Made by a program: the position numbers and the translations under genes. Positions 24,680 through 37,344 of a stretch of DNA of 64,000 nucleotides are shown here, piece by piece; within the stretch, counting starts at the first letter, position 1, and each line of letters opens with the position of its first letter. The DNA comes from Chiloscyllium plagiosum (Eukaryota). The stretch spans positions 31,084,150 through 31,148,149 of the forward strand of contig NC_057720.1 of assembly GCF_004010195.1 (NCBI RefSeq), read 5' to 3'. Below the pieces are notes generated by a model, which was not told the origin of the DNA, did no database searches, and saw nothing but the letters and a program-made list of their open reading frames with translations.

Positions 24680-27286
24680 ATTTGTAGCATCTAATCGAAT
24701 CTTATCCACAGTTCTTCCGGTTTTTCCCAGAACATTACCTTGGTCTCTGGATTAACCATCTGCAATAACACCATGAGGGCATCACCTCCCCCGAGAAAAA
24801 AAATGCTAGAGATGTATCAGTAACTTAGCCAGACACCGACTAATATGCCCACACTTATCATCTACATTAATGAAGAACATGGAGTAATAGATTTTCTTTG
24901 GTGTTGAGAGAATTGTGAATATGTCTGCCATGGAGAGAGTGTCTGCCCCCATGGAGTTTAAAGGTTCTCAAATGAATGCATGCAGATTAATGACCATGAT
25001 CATGCAAGTTTTGGATGCTAACTTGTCTTGTACCCTAAGTAGGCTGACAGATAGCCATGACCATACAATCTGTCACTGATCTTCAACCAAGGGGGTCTAC
25101 AGCAGAGAGGTAGAAATTGACCTAGGGGAGGGATGACAGTGAAGGAGGAAGTGAAAACTCTACAAAAGGCACGCCCACTCCTCACCTGTTGCACATTCCA
25201 CAAAAAGCACTTGATGATATCTTTACTCAGATCAGGCAATGACAAATGTAATCTCCCACTTGGATGGCACTTCAGTCTCACTGCTGTTTCCCTCATCAGT
25301 GTTCCTTATCTCAAGGAAACCAGAGCTGCACACTTTCAATTTGAAGCAATGTTAGAATCAATTTGCAAAGGACTCATTAATTTCTCCTGATTGCTCCAGT
25401 CTTGATCCTCCTACGTGCAAGAAGTAAATCCTTGACTCTCACAAGTGGTTTCTCACTGCCATCCAGACATGGCTCCATTAAACCCAGAGTGGTTGCATTG
25501 AGATGGATTAAAATTCCAATTAAAAACTAACGGGCTGGTCTGGGCTGGTTTCCCTGGAGATTACCCTGGACGGACAACAATTCTGGTCCATCCACTTAAT
25601 GTCCAGAGACCAAAATTGCCCCCAGTCTCAATCACTGAGTACTGCATAAAAAAAGCATTGAAGCTATTTTACCAAAGTCATTTTCTTTGAATTGAATTTT
25701 ACACATTTCTGCTATTTTGGTAGATCAAATTGATGACGGCATGTAGTTTATTTTCAAGAGTGGCTCCAGTTAAGGAAGGATAACCATTACTAGCATGTTT
25801 ATATTTGGTTACTTCTGTAAACGTTGAATTAAGATGTTGTCAGATCAGATTTTCCCAGTCATTGCCAGAGCATTGCCTCTGCTCCCTCCCCATACTGAAC
25901 TATTGAATTATGTTTCCTTTATTGCTAAGACATCAAAAGTAATACCTAAAATGCTGGCTAAATGTTGTGGGAGTCATGCATACTCTTTGAGGTGTAAGCT
26001 GCAGGGCACATCCCAATCTAAGTAATGGTTTCCATGTTTGTGTATACAAGATGGTTTGTTCAATAATTCTACTCAAGGCTTTAAACTAAACAAATAGCAA
26101 CAGACTGCAGAAAGGAAAATGCTGGGAAAACATTACAGATAAGTCCATATCTGTAAAGAGAAGAGAGGTTATGGTTTCAGACAGTGCTGTCCAACAGAAC
26201 AGAAATGGAAGGTATAAAAGAATACTTTATTACACTGAAAAGATAGGGGAAGACAAACAAGTGAAGCAAGCATCACAAAAAAGGTGAAGTTCACTATTAA
26301 ATAGTCTGCTGTCAGCGTGAAACAAAAGCAGGATGTTGTTAAGTGATGTAATGAATGCGCTCAGACAAAATAGACAGACATTAAAGAAGCAATATAAATA
26401 ACTGGTGAGAGGCCCACTTTGGCAAAATGCAAGGAAACGTGGAGATTTGAAAACAAAAAGGAGAAACGAAGCCTGTAAGCTACAACGAAACTTTGACAGA
26501 GCTCAGTGATCACAGCAGATGGCTACAGCATGAATGAGAGAAAGGGAACAAACAAAATGCTTGATCTCTAAATCTGAAATCAAAAGAAAAAATGTTGCAA
26601 CATTCAGTAGGTCAGGCAGTATCTGTAAACAGAGAAAAAGATGGTGAAATTTAATGTTCTACCCCCATGGCAGGTTTGATGACATGGATGTATTAAACTA
26701 ATAGTCGGCAGAGACCCTGACACCTTTGTGCCTCCATCTCTACCAATACCACCAGCTACGTCCAGATGTTTTCACATATCTTCAACTATTCATCAATGGC
26801 AGACACACCATCCAAACGCAGCAGTATGCAATTACTGGCATCCTTTCATTTCTCTTTAAAGTAAAGATGGCACGCTATTGATGAGAGGAGAGCAGAACTG
26901 GTAGGGCTCAAAGACCTGAGGCCTAGACACAAAATGGTTCTCAGTATCACATTGGAAGTGGCCGTTGCTAGCTGGGGCAGCATTTCTTACCCATCTGTAC
27001 TTGCTCAGGAAAAGGTGGCAGTGATCTGCATTCTTGAACTGCTGCAGTTGGGGTAGGTAGACCCACAATGGCATGAGGGAAGGAATTCCTGGTTTTTGAC
27101 CCACCAACAGAAGGGTGAGTGGTTTGGTAGGGAACTTGTAGCTAGTGGTATTCCCCATATATCTACTATCCTTGTGCTTCTATAATAGACATTGCTGGTT
27201 TAGAAGCTGCTGTTTAAGGAGTCTTTGTGAGTAACTGAAATGCATCATGTAGAAGGCACACACTGTTGTTATTGTGAGGTAGTGGT

Positions 27287-27522
27287 TGAAATAACGCCAC
27301 AGAGGCCAATACACAGTCACTAAGTCATCCTTTATTGACACATGAACAGTCCTTGACTTTAGTACTGTCTCTTCAGAGCCAGCTATCAGAGTGACAGTAT
27401 CTCTGACACTTCCCTGTTTATCTGTCTGCCAGGGCTCTCTGATTGGACCAGATTAACAGCCCCAATCATGGAACTCATGTTCTGAAGCTGGCTGACCTTG
27501 TTACAATCATAGTGCAATTACA
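27287..27522 (-). repeat. Solo LTR of the Gypsy family at 12220
   Basis: Collinear similarity (cagagccagct.tcagagtg, ctgattgg..cagatta..ccccaatca, tgaccttgttacaat); TG...CA ends. Confidence 0.8.
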
Positions 27523-27664
27523 AGGGTGAAGGGTGTGAATGTCATAGATGTTAGGTAAGTATTAATCAAAATGTCTCCTTTATCCTGAATGGTGTTGAAC
27601 TTCTTGACAGTTGTTTGTACTGCACTCATCCAGGCAAGTGAAGAGTATTCCAATACATCTTGAC

Positions 27665-27924
27665 TTAGATTAGATTAGATTAGATTACTTACAGTGTGGA
27701 AACAGGCCTTCGGCCCAACAAGTCCACACCGACCCGCTGAAGCGCAACCCACCCACACCCATTCCCCTACGTTTACCCTTTGCCTAACACTACGGGCAAT
27801 TTAGCATGGCCAATTCACCTAACCTGCACATTTTTGGACTGTGGGAGGAAACCGGAGGACCCAGAGGAAACCCACGCAGACACAGGGAGAATATGCAAAC
27901 TCCACACAGTCAGTCGCTTGAGGC
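27665..27924 (-). mobile_element. HE1/V-SINE, 5'-truncated
   Basis: (TTAGA)n tail and V-domain; tRNA head missing. Confidence 0.92.
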
Positions 27925-28144
27925 CTGACTTGTGACTTGTAGATGGTGGACAGGCTTTGGGGAGACAGGAGGTGAATGTGTTTGTTGCTGAATTCTCAGT
28001 CTCTGACACCTCTCTTTAGGCACTGCATTTATATGGCTGGTCCAGTTCAGCTTCTGGTTAATTGTAACCCTTAGAATGTTGATAGTAAGGGATTCAGTGA
28101 TAGTAATGCCATTGAATGTCAAGAACCAATGCTTAGATTATTTC

Positions 28145-28821
28145 CAGATCCTTCCATATCTGTCGCAAATTCACCTGCACCTCCACACACATCATTTACT
28201 GTATCCGCTGCGCCCAATGTGGTCTCCTCTACATTGGGGAGACAGGCCGCCTACTTGCCGAACATTTCAGGGAACACCTCTGGGACACCCGCACCAACTA
28301 ACTCAACCCCCCGTGGCTGAATACTTTAACTCCGCCTCTCAATCTGCCAAGGACATGCAGGTCCTTGGCCTCCTCCATCGCCAGACCCTGACCACATGAT
28401 GCCTAGAGGAAGAGTGCCTCATCTTCCGCCTAGGAACCCTCCAACCACACGGGATGAATGTAGATTTCTCCAGCTTCCTCATTTCCCCTCTCCCCACCTT
28501 ATCTCAGTCCCAACACCCGGATTCAGCACCGCCCTCTTGACCTGTAATCTTCTTCCCGACCTCTCCGCCCACATCCCCTCTCCGGCCTATCACCCACACC
28601 CTCACCTCCATCCACCTCTCATATTCCCAGCGCCCCTCCCCCAAATTCCCTCGACCCACCTTTTATCTCAGCCCGCTTGGCACACCAGCCGCACTCCTGA
28701 AGAAGGGCTTATGCCTGAAATGTCGATTCTCCTGCTCCTCGCACGCTGCCTGGCCTGCTGTGTTTTTCCAGCACCACATTTTTCAACGCTTGTCTCCAGC
28801 ATCTTCAGTCCTCATTTTCTC
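28145..28821 (+). mobile_element. Neptune-type PLE 3' fragment (GIY-YIG plus pLTR/HHR A) with 13-bp TSD
   Basis: FTCTSTHIIYCIRCAQCGLLYIGETGR; CTGAAGAAGGGCTTATGCCTGAAATGTC at ~28697; TSD cttagattatttc at 28132-28144 and 28822-28834. Confidence 0.92.
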
Positions 28822-28939
28822 CTTAGATTATTTCTCGTTGGAGTTAGTAGTTGTCTGGAATTTGTGAGGCATAAATATTATTAACCATTTATCAGCCCAA
28901 GACTCAGTGTGGTCTAGGTCTTGCTGCATATGAACATGG

Positions 28940-29923
28940 TAAAAACAATGACTGCAGATGCTGGAAACCAGATTCTGGATTAATGGTGCTGGAAGAGCAC
29001 AGCAGTTCAGGCAGCATCCGAGGAGCAGTAAAATCGACATTTCAGGCAAAAGCCCTTCTAGATTACACCTCTTCCCACCCTACCTCTTGCAAAAATGCCA
29101 TCCCGTATTCCCAATTCCTCCGCCTCCGCCGTATCTGCTCCCAGGAGGACCAGTTCCACCACAGAACACACCAGATGGCCTCCTTCTTTAGAGACCGCAA
29201 TTTCCCTTCCCACGTGGTTAAAGATGCCCTCCAACACATCTCNNNNNNNNNNNNNNNNNNNNNNNNNNNNNNNNNNNNNNNNNNNNNNNNNNNNNNNNNN
29301 NNNNNNNNNNNNNNNNNNNNNNNNNNNNNNNNNNNNNNNNNNNNNNNNNNNNNNNNNNNNNNNNNNNNNNNNNNNNNNNNNNNNNNNNNNNNNNNNNNNN
29401 NNNNNNNNNNNNNNNNNNNNNNNNNNNNNNNNNNNNNNNNNNNNNNNNNNNNNNNNNNNNNNNNNNNNNNNNNNNNNNNNNNNNNNNNNNNNNNNNNNNN
29501 NNNNNNNNNNNNNNNNNNNNNNNNNNNNNNNNNNNNNNNNNNNNNNNNNNNNNNNNNNNNNNNNNNNNNNNNNNNNNNNNNNNNNNNNNNNNNNNNNNNN
29601 NNNNNNNNNNNNNNNNNNNNNNNNNNNNNNNNNNNNNNNNNNNNNNNNNNNNNNNNNNNNNNNNNNNNNNNNNNNNNNNNNNNNNNNNNNNNNNNNNNNN
29701 NNNNNNNNNNNNNNNNNNNNNNNNNNNNNNNNNNNNNNNNNNNNNNNNNNNATTGTACTCTATGCTACTTTCTCCCCACCCCCACCCTCCTCTAGCTTAT
29801 CTTTCCACCCTTCAGGCTGTCTGCCTTTATTCCTGATGAAGGGCTTTTGCCCGAAACATCGATTTTACTGCTCCTCGGATGCTGCCTGAACTGCTGTGCT
29901 CTTCCAGCACCACTAATCCAGAA
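28940..29923 (+). mobile_element. Neptune-type PLE with inverted 5' pLTR, spanning the assembly gap, 15-bp TSD
   Basis: Inverted pLTR 28940-29058; LDYTSSHPTSCKNAIPYSQFLRLRRICSQ; direct pLTR with CTGATGAAGGGCTTTTGCCCGAAACATC at 29833-29860; TSD tgcatatgaacatgg at 28925-28939 and 29924-29938. Confidence 0.92.
29243..29751. other. Assembly gap (509 N)
   Basis: Run of n. Confidence 1.
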
Positions 29924-32059
29924 TGCATATGAACATGGGCTGCTTCAGTATTTATGCAATCATCAGTGAACACCTCCACTTCTGTCTTATGATAGAGGGG
30001 TGGTCATTGATGAAGATTGTTGGGCTTAGGATATTACCCTGAGAAAGACCTACATTGGTGTCCTGTAGCTGAAATGACTGTCTTTTAAAACCATTTCTTC
30101 CTTTCCGACAGTTTCAGATTGTGTCTCACTGATTGCTTACTTTATTTTTATCTCTATTCCATATTTTTCTTTTCACTTTGCCCTATTCCTCCCATTCTGT
30201 TGGCCTCTCCAACACTTTGCCACATTGCCAACTCCATCTGTTGCTCCCATCACCTTTTCACCTCCAAGTCTCTCTGTCCCTCTTCTTTATGCTTCTTTCA
30301 TTGATGCATAGAATTATAATGTCTGACATTTTGAAAATGCTTGATAGGACACCGGCCAAATTGCTAATTGTGTTTATTGAGCTAAAGTGGGAGCAGGAGT
30401 TGAAAAGGGGGAAGCAGTCTGAGACCAGATTGTAGCAATGTAGGTGTGCAAACAACTGGGCTCAGGCTGCAGCTCACTTAGGGTTCACTGCAATAGACAT
30501 GAACACCACTATTAAAAGTTTCAAGCAACATTTTTGTACTGCTTAAAAATATCTGAAACAGGAAAGAAATGTTTTTGTTGACAAATTCTTTTACTTCTCC
30601 TGGTAGGGAGATTGTAAATCAGGCTAACAATTAGAACAAGTAAAAAAGGATTTTGTTACGTGCACAACACACAGCGTGACCTACTATACATAAAAGCAAA
30701 TGAAGAAAATATTGCCTCATGTGCCACTAGGCACGGAAGAGAAAAGGAGAGGAATTCTATACTTTAATTAGCAGTGAAATCTCAAATACTATTGCATTAC
30801 AAAAATGAACTGGTCAGGTACCGAAAGTAATTGCCAAACCAATCCTCAGCATATTAGACAGACAAAGGCACAAATCTACAAGTTGCATTAGTAAGTTGGA
30901 AATTGTAACATAATAGAAAGTGACAGAGATTGATTTACTTTGAACTTACAATTCTGTAATCTGCCAATATTGGACAACCACATGAACATTGCTGCGCAGA
31001 CAGCAACTTGGCAGCAGATGGATCACATTAGCCAGGAGTTTAGTACTGTACTCAGAATAACAACTAATAAGATTCTCAGAGATTTTAGGGCAATGGTTGC
31101 AAATTCAATGTCAAGGGAGGGCCTGTATCTTTAATCATTACTCCAGTTTGGCCAGCTGCCTGTGGGCTTTCCAATTGGTGGTTACGGAGAGCAAAATGGC
31201 TTTTGAAGTTTTTATCTTTGGCATTTGCTCCTAAAAATAATACAATTTGACTTCCTCTGTTTGCTGGTCTTTTCCGTTTAAGAAGAAAAGCACAACAACG
31301 CAATAAATTGTAGTTTAACTGCTTGAGTACCAAGCAAGTCATGAAATGCTTGCTTCAAAGAAATCAAGCAGCCGGGGCGGTCAGGTCAGAGCAGTGGAAT
31401 TGGACCAACTGTGGTCAGTAAGAAGTGAAAGGTATATCGCACATTTACATAACACAAGAAATGACAACCCACCTCTCAGGTGGGAGATTGTATGCCAACA
31501 CATATTGGAGTCAAATACTGAAGATAACAAGTTGGAGGTGGCTTCCCAACACAATGAAATCTTTGCAGGAACCAAACCCCGACAAGGTCACCCGTTTTGA
31601 CATTGCCCCCTTTTCGGTAAATTGATAACAACAAATTATTTTGATGCTGCAGAAATATGAAGGATTGTAGAATGGAAATGTGTAATGCTGTTTCCAAACA
31701 CCTTTGTTTCAATATTAAAAATAACAGTTGAAAATAAAATATAAAATGCCAGAAAGAGTCAGCAGGTCTAGGAGCATTTGCAAAAAGAAACAAAGTTAAC
31801 ATTTTAGGTCAGTTGCTTTCAAGTTTCAGGGGTCAGTGATCTGAGATAGTAACACTGTTGTGATAATGAATTTTACAAGTGTTTGTGTCCTTTGTTAGGA
31901 TCATTACAGAGTGCAGGAAGTTAGGCTCTTCATAATTTATGAAATGTTCTTCTAACTATTATCGGGGTTCACATGATTCTATACATATAGCTATCTCTCT
32001 TCTGTTGTCATGTCATAATTTACATCACTGTACACTGACTACTAACGTACATATGAATG

Positions 32060-32520
32060 TACAAAATAGGAGAAGACAGATCATTCAATCCCGTCACGCC
32101 AGCTCCAACACTCAACAAAATTATGGCTGATCCTTTTGAATTTTGAATTTCACATTCCCATCCAACCCTAATAACTTTTGATTCCCTATCCCTAACAAGA
32201 ATTTACCTCTGAGTTTAAAATATTCAATAACCCCACTTCCATCACCTTTTAAGGGAGAGTGTTCAAAAGTCATGTAATTCTCTGAAAGAAGTTCTCTTTA
32301 TCTCTGTTCTGGAGTTTTAAAACTGTGCACCCTAGTTCTCGATAGACCAACATCCTTTCCACATCCACCTTCTCAAGATCTTTCAGGATTTTATACACTT
32401 CTGTCAATTCATCCCTCTTTTCTAAACTCCAATGGAAACAAGCCCAGCCTATTCAACCTCCCCTCATAACATGACCCACTCACTTAGATATCAATTCAAT
32501 AAACTACTCTGAATCACTTT
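32060..32520 (-). mobile_element. Old CR1 3' fragment
   Basis: ttctaaactccaatggaaacaagcccagcctattcaacctcccctcata is the antisense of the CR1 YEGRLNRLGLFPLEFR segment. Confidence 0.7.
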
Positions 32521-32825
32521 TATGACTCATGCATGAATAACCTTTTCCCGTTGTCTTCTGTCCTGCTTAAATTTTCCTTTGGTGCTTTTACCATTGCTTT
32601 TACCAGGGCTGCCACTATCTGTTATTAATATCGAGTTATTGAATTTTTACAGCACAGAAAGAGGCCCTGCAGTCTATTATGTCCAAATTGGTCATCAAAC
32701 ATAGATTTATTCCAATCCCTTTTTCTAGGGCATAATCCCTCACTTGCATGCTATGGTATTTCAAATATTTTTCTAAATAATTCTTAAATGTCTTGAGTTT
32801 TCCTGCCTCTACCACTCTTTAAGAG

Positions 32826-35403
32826 ACAAAAAAAGACAGATGCTGGTTTCCAAGGTAGACAGGCAGGAGGCTGGAAGAACACAGCAAGCCAGGCAGCATC
32901 AGGAGGTAGAGAATCAACGTTGCGGGTGTATCCCTTGTTCAGGACTGGAGGTGGCTGTAAGGGGAGCTTATATTCACTAGCTCTCCTGACTGCAAACTCG
33001 CTGAGGCTGAATGATCCATCCTCAGTAAACGGTGCACATCCGCGTCCCTCCACCGCCACCTCAATGAATTCCGTACCCACCATGACGTGGGGCTCTTTTT
33101 CTGCCACCTCTGCCTCTGTGCCTCCTTCTTCAACAAAAACTCCCAAACTCCCTCTAAAGACCCCTTCTCCCACATCCAACCTTCCCCATCCACCTGGTCA
33201 CCCCCTGCCAGATTGGAACCCACGCTAGACTACTAACTGCTGATGTGACATCAGTCGCCACAATTTCTCCACTCTCTCACTGACTCCAACCTCACCCTCT
33301 CCGAACGTGCAGCACTCCACACTCTCCACAGACACCCTCAGTTCACCATTAAACTCGCTGACAAAGATGGGGCGGTGGTAGTCTGGAGAACAGACCTCTA
33401 TGTCACAGAGGGCGAACGGCAATTCTCCAACACCACGTCCTACCTCCTCCCTGACCACGACCCTACTGTGACCCATCAGGCCAAAATCTCTCGCAAGTAC
33501 ATGACTTCATTGCCTCCGGTGATCTCCCCTCCACTGCCTCCAACCTCAGAGTCCCTAGCCCTGCACTGCCCGGCTCTACCTGCTCCCCAAGATCCACAAA
33601 CCCAACTACCCTGGCTGACCTATCACCTCCGCATGCTCCTGCCCCACCGAACGCATCTCATCCTATCTCAACCTCTCCCCCTTGATTCAGGCACTTCACA
33701 TCTACATTTATGACACTAACCATGCCCTCCACCTCTTTGGTAACTTCCAGTTCCCTGGCTCCAAGTGCTTCATTTTCACTATGGATGTCCAGTCCGTATA
33801 CACGTCCATATCCCACAGGGATGGCCTTCAGGCCCTCAGCTTCTTCCTGTCCAACAGACCCATCCAGACCCCTCCACCAATACCTTCCTCTGCCTTGTTG
33901 AACTAGTCCTCACCCTTAATAATGTTTCCTTAACTCCTCCCATTTCATCCAAATCCTGGGGTTGCCATGGGCACTTGGATGGGTCCTAGCTACACCTGCC
34001 TCTTTGTCGGCTATGTCGAAGAGTCCATCTTCAGTACCTACACAGGCACTATGCCCCAACTCTTCCACCGTTACATCGATGACAGTATCAGTGCGGTGTC
34101 CCACACCCAGGTTGAACTGGAACAGTTAGTGGACTTCGCCCACAGCTTCCAGTCTACCCTCAAATTCACTTGGTTCATCTCGGACATCTCCCTCCCCTTT
34201 CTTGACCGCACCATTTCCATCTCCAGTGACAGTCTCCAGACAGACATTTACTAAAAACCCATAGACTCTCACAACTATCTGGATGACACCTCCTCCCACC
34301 CAGCATCTTGCAATAACTCCAACCCATTCTTGCAATTCCTCTGCCTCTGCTGCATCTGCTTGAACAAGGAGACATTCAGTCCCAAGCATCCCACATGTCC
34401 ACCTACTTTGAACAAAGTGCTTTCTCCCCTCTGTCATGCAGACAGCCCTCTATCCCATTGCCTCCATTCACTGTTCTACTGCTCTAACCACCCCCTCCAA
34501 ATGCAATAAGGACAGAGATCCCTTTTGTTCTCACCTACCACCCCACCAGTCTCCACATCCAGCGCATCATCCTTAAGCATTTTCTCCAACTGCAACAAGA
34601 CCCCACCACCAAGGACATCTTCCCCTCCCCACCCCTCTCTGCCTTCTGCAAGGACTGTTCCCTTCACACGCTGCACTCCTAACCAATCATCTAAACCCCC
34701 AGATACCTTCCCTTGTAACCGGAAAAGATGCAAAACCTGCCAGCACACCATGCCCACTCACCTCCACACAGGGCTCCAAACAGTCCTTCCAGGTGAGACA
34801 GAGGTTCACCTGCATCTCCTCCAATCTAGTTTACTGTATTAGATGCTCCCAATGTGGTCTTCTCCACATAAGGGAGACCAAACTTAAACTCAGGGCATGT
34901 TTCGCCGAGCATCTCAGCCAGGCCCGCAGGGGCGGACCAGACCTCCCAGTCACCACCCATTTTAATTCGCCTTCCCACTCTCTTTCCGACATGACCAATC
35001 TTGGCCACCTCCATTGCCACAATGAACCAAACCATGAATTGAAGGAACAACATCTCATCTTCTGCCTGGGTAGCCTACAGCCCAGAGGACTCAACACTGG
35101 GTTCTCCAATTTCAAATACATCCCCCTTCCCATCACCCCACTCCCTTCCCAGCCCCTCCCTCTCTCTTCCATTTCTCTGTTTGATCCTTCCTTCCAGCTG
35201 CCAACCAGATTCATTCCTCCCAACCAGGTCGTACCCTCTATCTGTCTTCACCCAACCTCACCACTCTGCCCCCGCCACACCTTTTATCTGCAGTTTCATT
35301 TACTCCCACCCCCAGTCCTGAAGAAGGGTTACACATAAAACGTTGATTTTCCACCTTGTGATGCTGCCTGGCTTGCTGTGTTCTTCCAGCCTCCTGCTTG
35401 TCT
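32826..35403 (+). mobile_element. Long Neptune-type PLE pseudo-copy (RT plus GIY-YIG) with inverted 5' pLTR; HHR family B
   Basis: YLLPKIHKP, FTMDVQSVYTSI, MGTWMGPSY..FHRYIDD, LKFTW..LPFLD, FPCNRKRCKTC, LVYCIRCSQCGLLHIRET..FAEH; HHR-like motifs at 32916-32942 (-) and 35318-35344 (+); many frameshifts. Confidence 0.93.
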
Positions 35404-36487
35404 TGAAAGAGTTACAGATATCCCAAACCCTTCTGAGGGAGAAACCTTTCCTCAAATTCCTTCTAAACCTCCTACTCCTTACCTTAAAACTGTGTACCTT
35501 GATTATTGACTGCTCTACTGAGAAAAAAAAAGTTTCTCCCTATCTACCCTGTCTATATCCCTCAGAGCTTTGAGCACCTTGATAAGATTGTCCATCAGCC
35601 TCTCAGTGCTAAGGATAACAACCCCAGCTTATCCATTCCCTCTTCATAGCTCCAGCCTATGCAACATCCTGGTGAATCTTCAACTGTGGCCTCACTACCT
35701 TTATATGGAGCTCCATCATAACCTTCTTGATCTTGTATTCAATCCCTTGACAAAGGTCATAGTTGGTCTTATGGAGATTGTGCCCTCATACATGATCAAT
35801 ACAAACAGTTGGAAGCAAGACCTTTGGCAATTTCATCTTTCATTAAATACTCTTCTAATTATTTACAGGATGAGATTTAATGCAGAATCGTGAGTGTATT
35901 GTCATATGATTTTTTTACATCACTGATGATGTAGGTTGAGTATTTACATTTTTAACATGAACCTTTTACACTACATTTATCTCCATTGATGCTGCGAGGA
36001 CACTTGTAGAACTTTCTGCTTTTATCTCACTCTGTTTAAACGATGTATTTATTTCCAAGCTAATATTCATTTCCAACTGGTCATTAGGATGTGCATTAGA
36101 GCACGCAAAGCAATTTCCCTGCAGATTCTGTCTGTCTCTTGTGACATATGTTGGAATGCATCCAATAAGGGACCGTGAAATCAGGAATCTTCATCTGTTA
36201 TGTGTTCATAACTGGGATTCTTCAGTCTTACTATAAACTTCTTTTTTAAGCAGCTGTAGAAATAATCCTTGATGATCCTGTGCTGTAACAAGTCTCAAAT
36301 TGAACAAGCATCAAGGTCTACCCAATGATGAGCCTTGACTTCATTCATTTGACATTAGTCATTCTAAGCTGTTTGTAAATAAAGGCAATTTAGGTTTCAG
36401 GTTTCTGCACCCTAACAGTTAATCCAGGGAATTGAAAGGTTAGATGAAGGTACTGCAGATGGTGGATGGGGTGTTTTGGTTGTGGTC

Positions 36488-36573
36488 AGAGTGGTGCTGG
36501 AAAAGCACAGCAGGTCACGCAGCATCCGAGGAGCAGGAAAATCGACATTTCGGACAAAAGACCTTCATCAGGT
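36488..36573 (-). mobile_element. 86-bp solo pLTR/HHR insertion with 14-bp TSD
   Basis: Reverse complement c-CTGATGA-A-GGTC(TTTT)GTCC-GAAATGTC-gatt...ccagcaccactct; TSD ttttggttgtggtc at 36474-36487 and 36574-36587. Confidence 0.9.
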
Positions 36574-37121
36574 TTTTGGTTGTGGTCTTTTTACATTTGG
36601 CTAGAAGTTATTCCCATCTTTTAATGCCCAGAGGGTAGTTAAAGTCAACCGCAGTGTTGATTCACCAGGGTTCTATAGATAGGCCCTTCCAAACCCATAG
36701 GAGAAAATACATGGGAGCAATGTCACCAGAAGTGGCACTCCAAACCACTCACCATCCTGACTCGGAAAATATATTGCCATTCCTTCACTATCGCTGGGTT
36801 AAAACCTTGCAGCTCCCTCCCTAATGGCTTTGTAAGTTTGTCTACCCCAACTGCAGTGATTCAAGAAGGCAGCTCAGTACCACCTTCTCCTGGGGCAAGT
36901 ACAGATGGGCAGCGAATGAACGATTGAAAAAATATTTACAGCAGCTGAGCTTCCCACTATGTATTACAAAGTGTCACATTTCCACTTCCATTACGTCACT
37001 AAATTTTGTTCCCGTCTTCACTCAGCAGCCGTTGAAATTCATTCAATGCTTTGTTATCAAGAAGCTTAACCATTCTAATCTGTCCCTTGAAAATCTCCAA
37101 ATCCAACCCAACATGCAGGTC

Positions 37122-37344
37122 AGGGAGAAAGTGAGGGCTGCAGATGCTGGAGAGTCAGTCAAAAAGTGTGGTGCTGGAAATGCACAGCAGATCAGGCAGC
37201 ATCCGAGGAACAGGAGAGTCGATGTTTCCGGCATAAGCCCTTTATCAGGAATAATGATTAAGGGCCTATGCCTGAAACATCAACTTTCTTGTTCCTCGGA
37301 TGCTACCTGACTTGCTGTGCTTTTCCGGCACCACACTTTTCGAC
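37122..37344. mobile_element. Palindromic head-to-head pLTR/HHR element (family A), older
   Basis: Arms gtcaaaaagtgtggtgctgg..ccctttatcagg / agggcctatgcctgaaacatc..ccacacttttcgac. Confidence 0.85.

Larger units (their letters stand above)
26920..30090 (-). mobile_element. CR1-group LINE 3' portion (same family as 811-1950) fragmented by four nested insertions
   Basis: FNGITITESLTINILRVTINQKLNWTSHINAV (27910-28122); MQQDLD..WADKW (28828-28940); collinear once the insertions are removed. Confidence 0.8.

Noticed and set aside
24920..25625. Possible decayed PIF/Harbinger Myb-like remnant (similar impression at ~2240-2760 and ~10277)
   Set aside because: Only faint resemblance (KKHLMISLLRSG); termini and TSD not demonstrable by eye
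12220..27522. One 15-kb provirus bounded by the two homologous LTRs
   Set aside because: The LTRs are substantially diverged, the distal one is nested in a LINE, and no shared TSD is visible
28983..29889. 270-aa and 264-aa ORFs
   Set aside because: Length is an artefact of the N run; the real parts are PLE sequence
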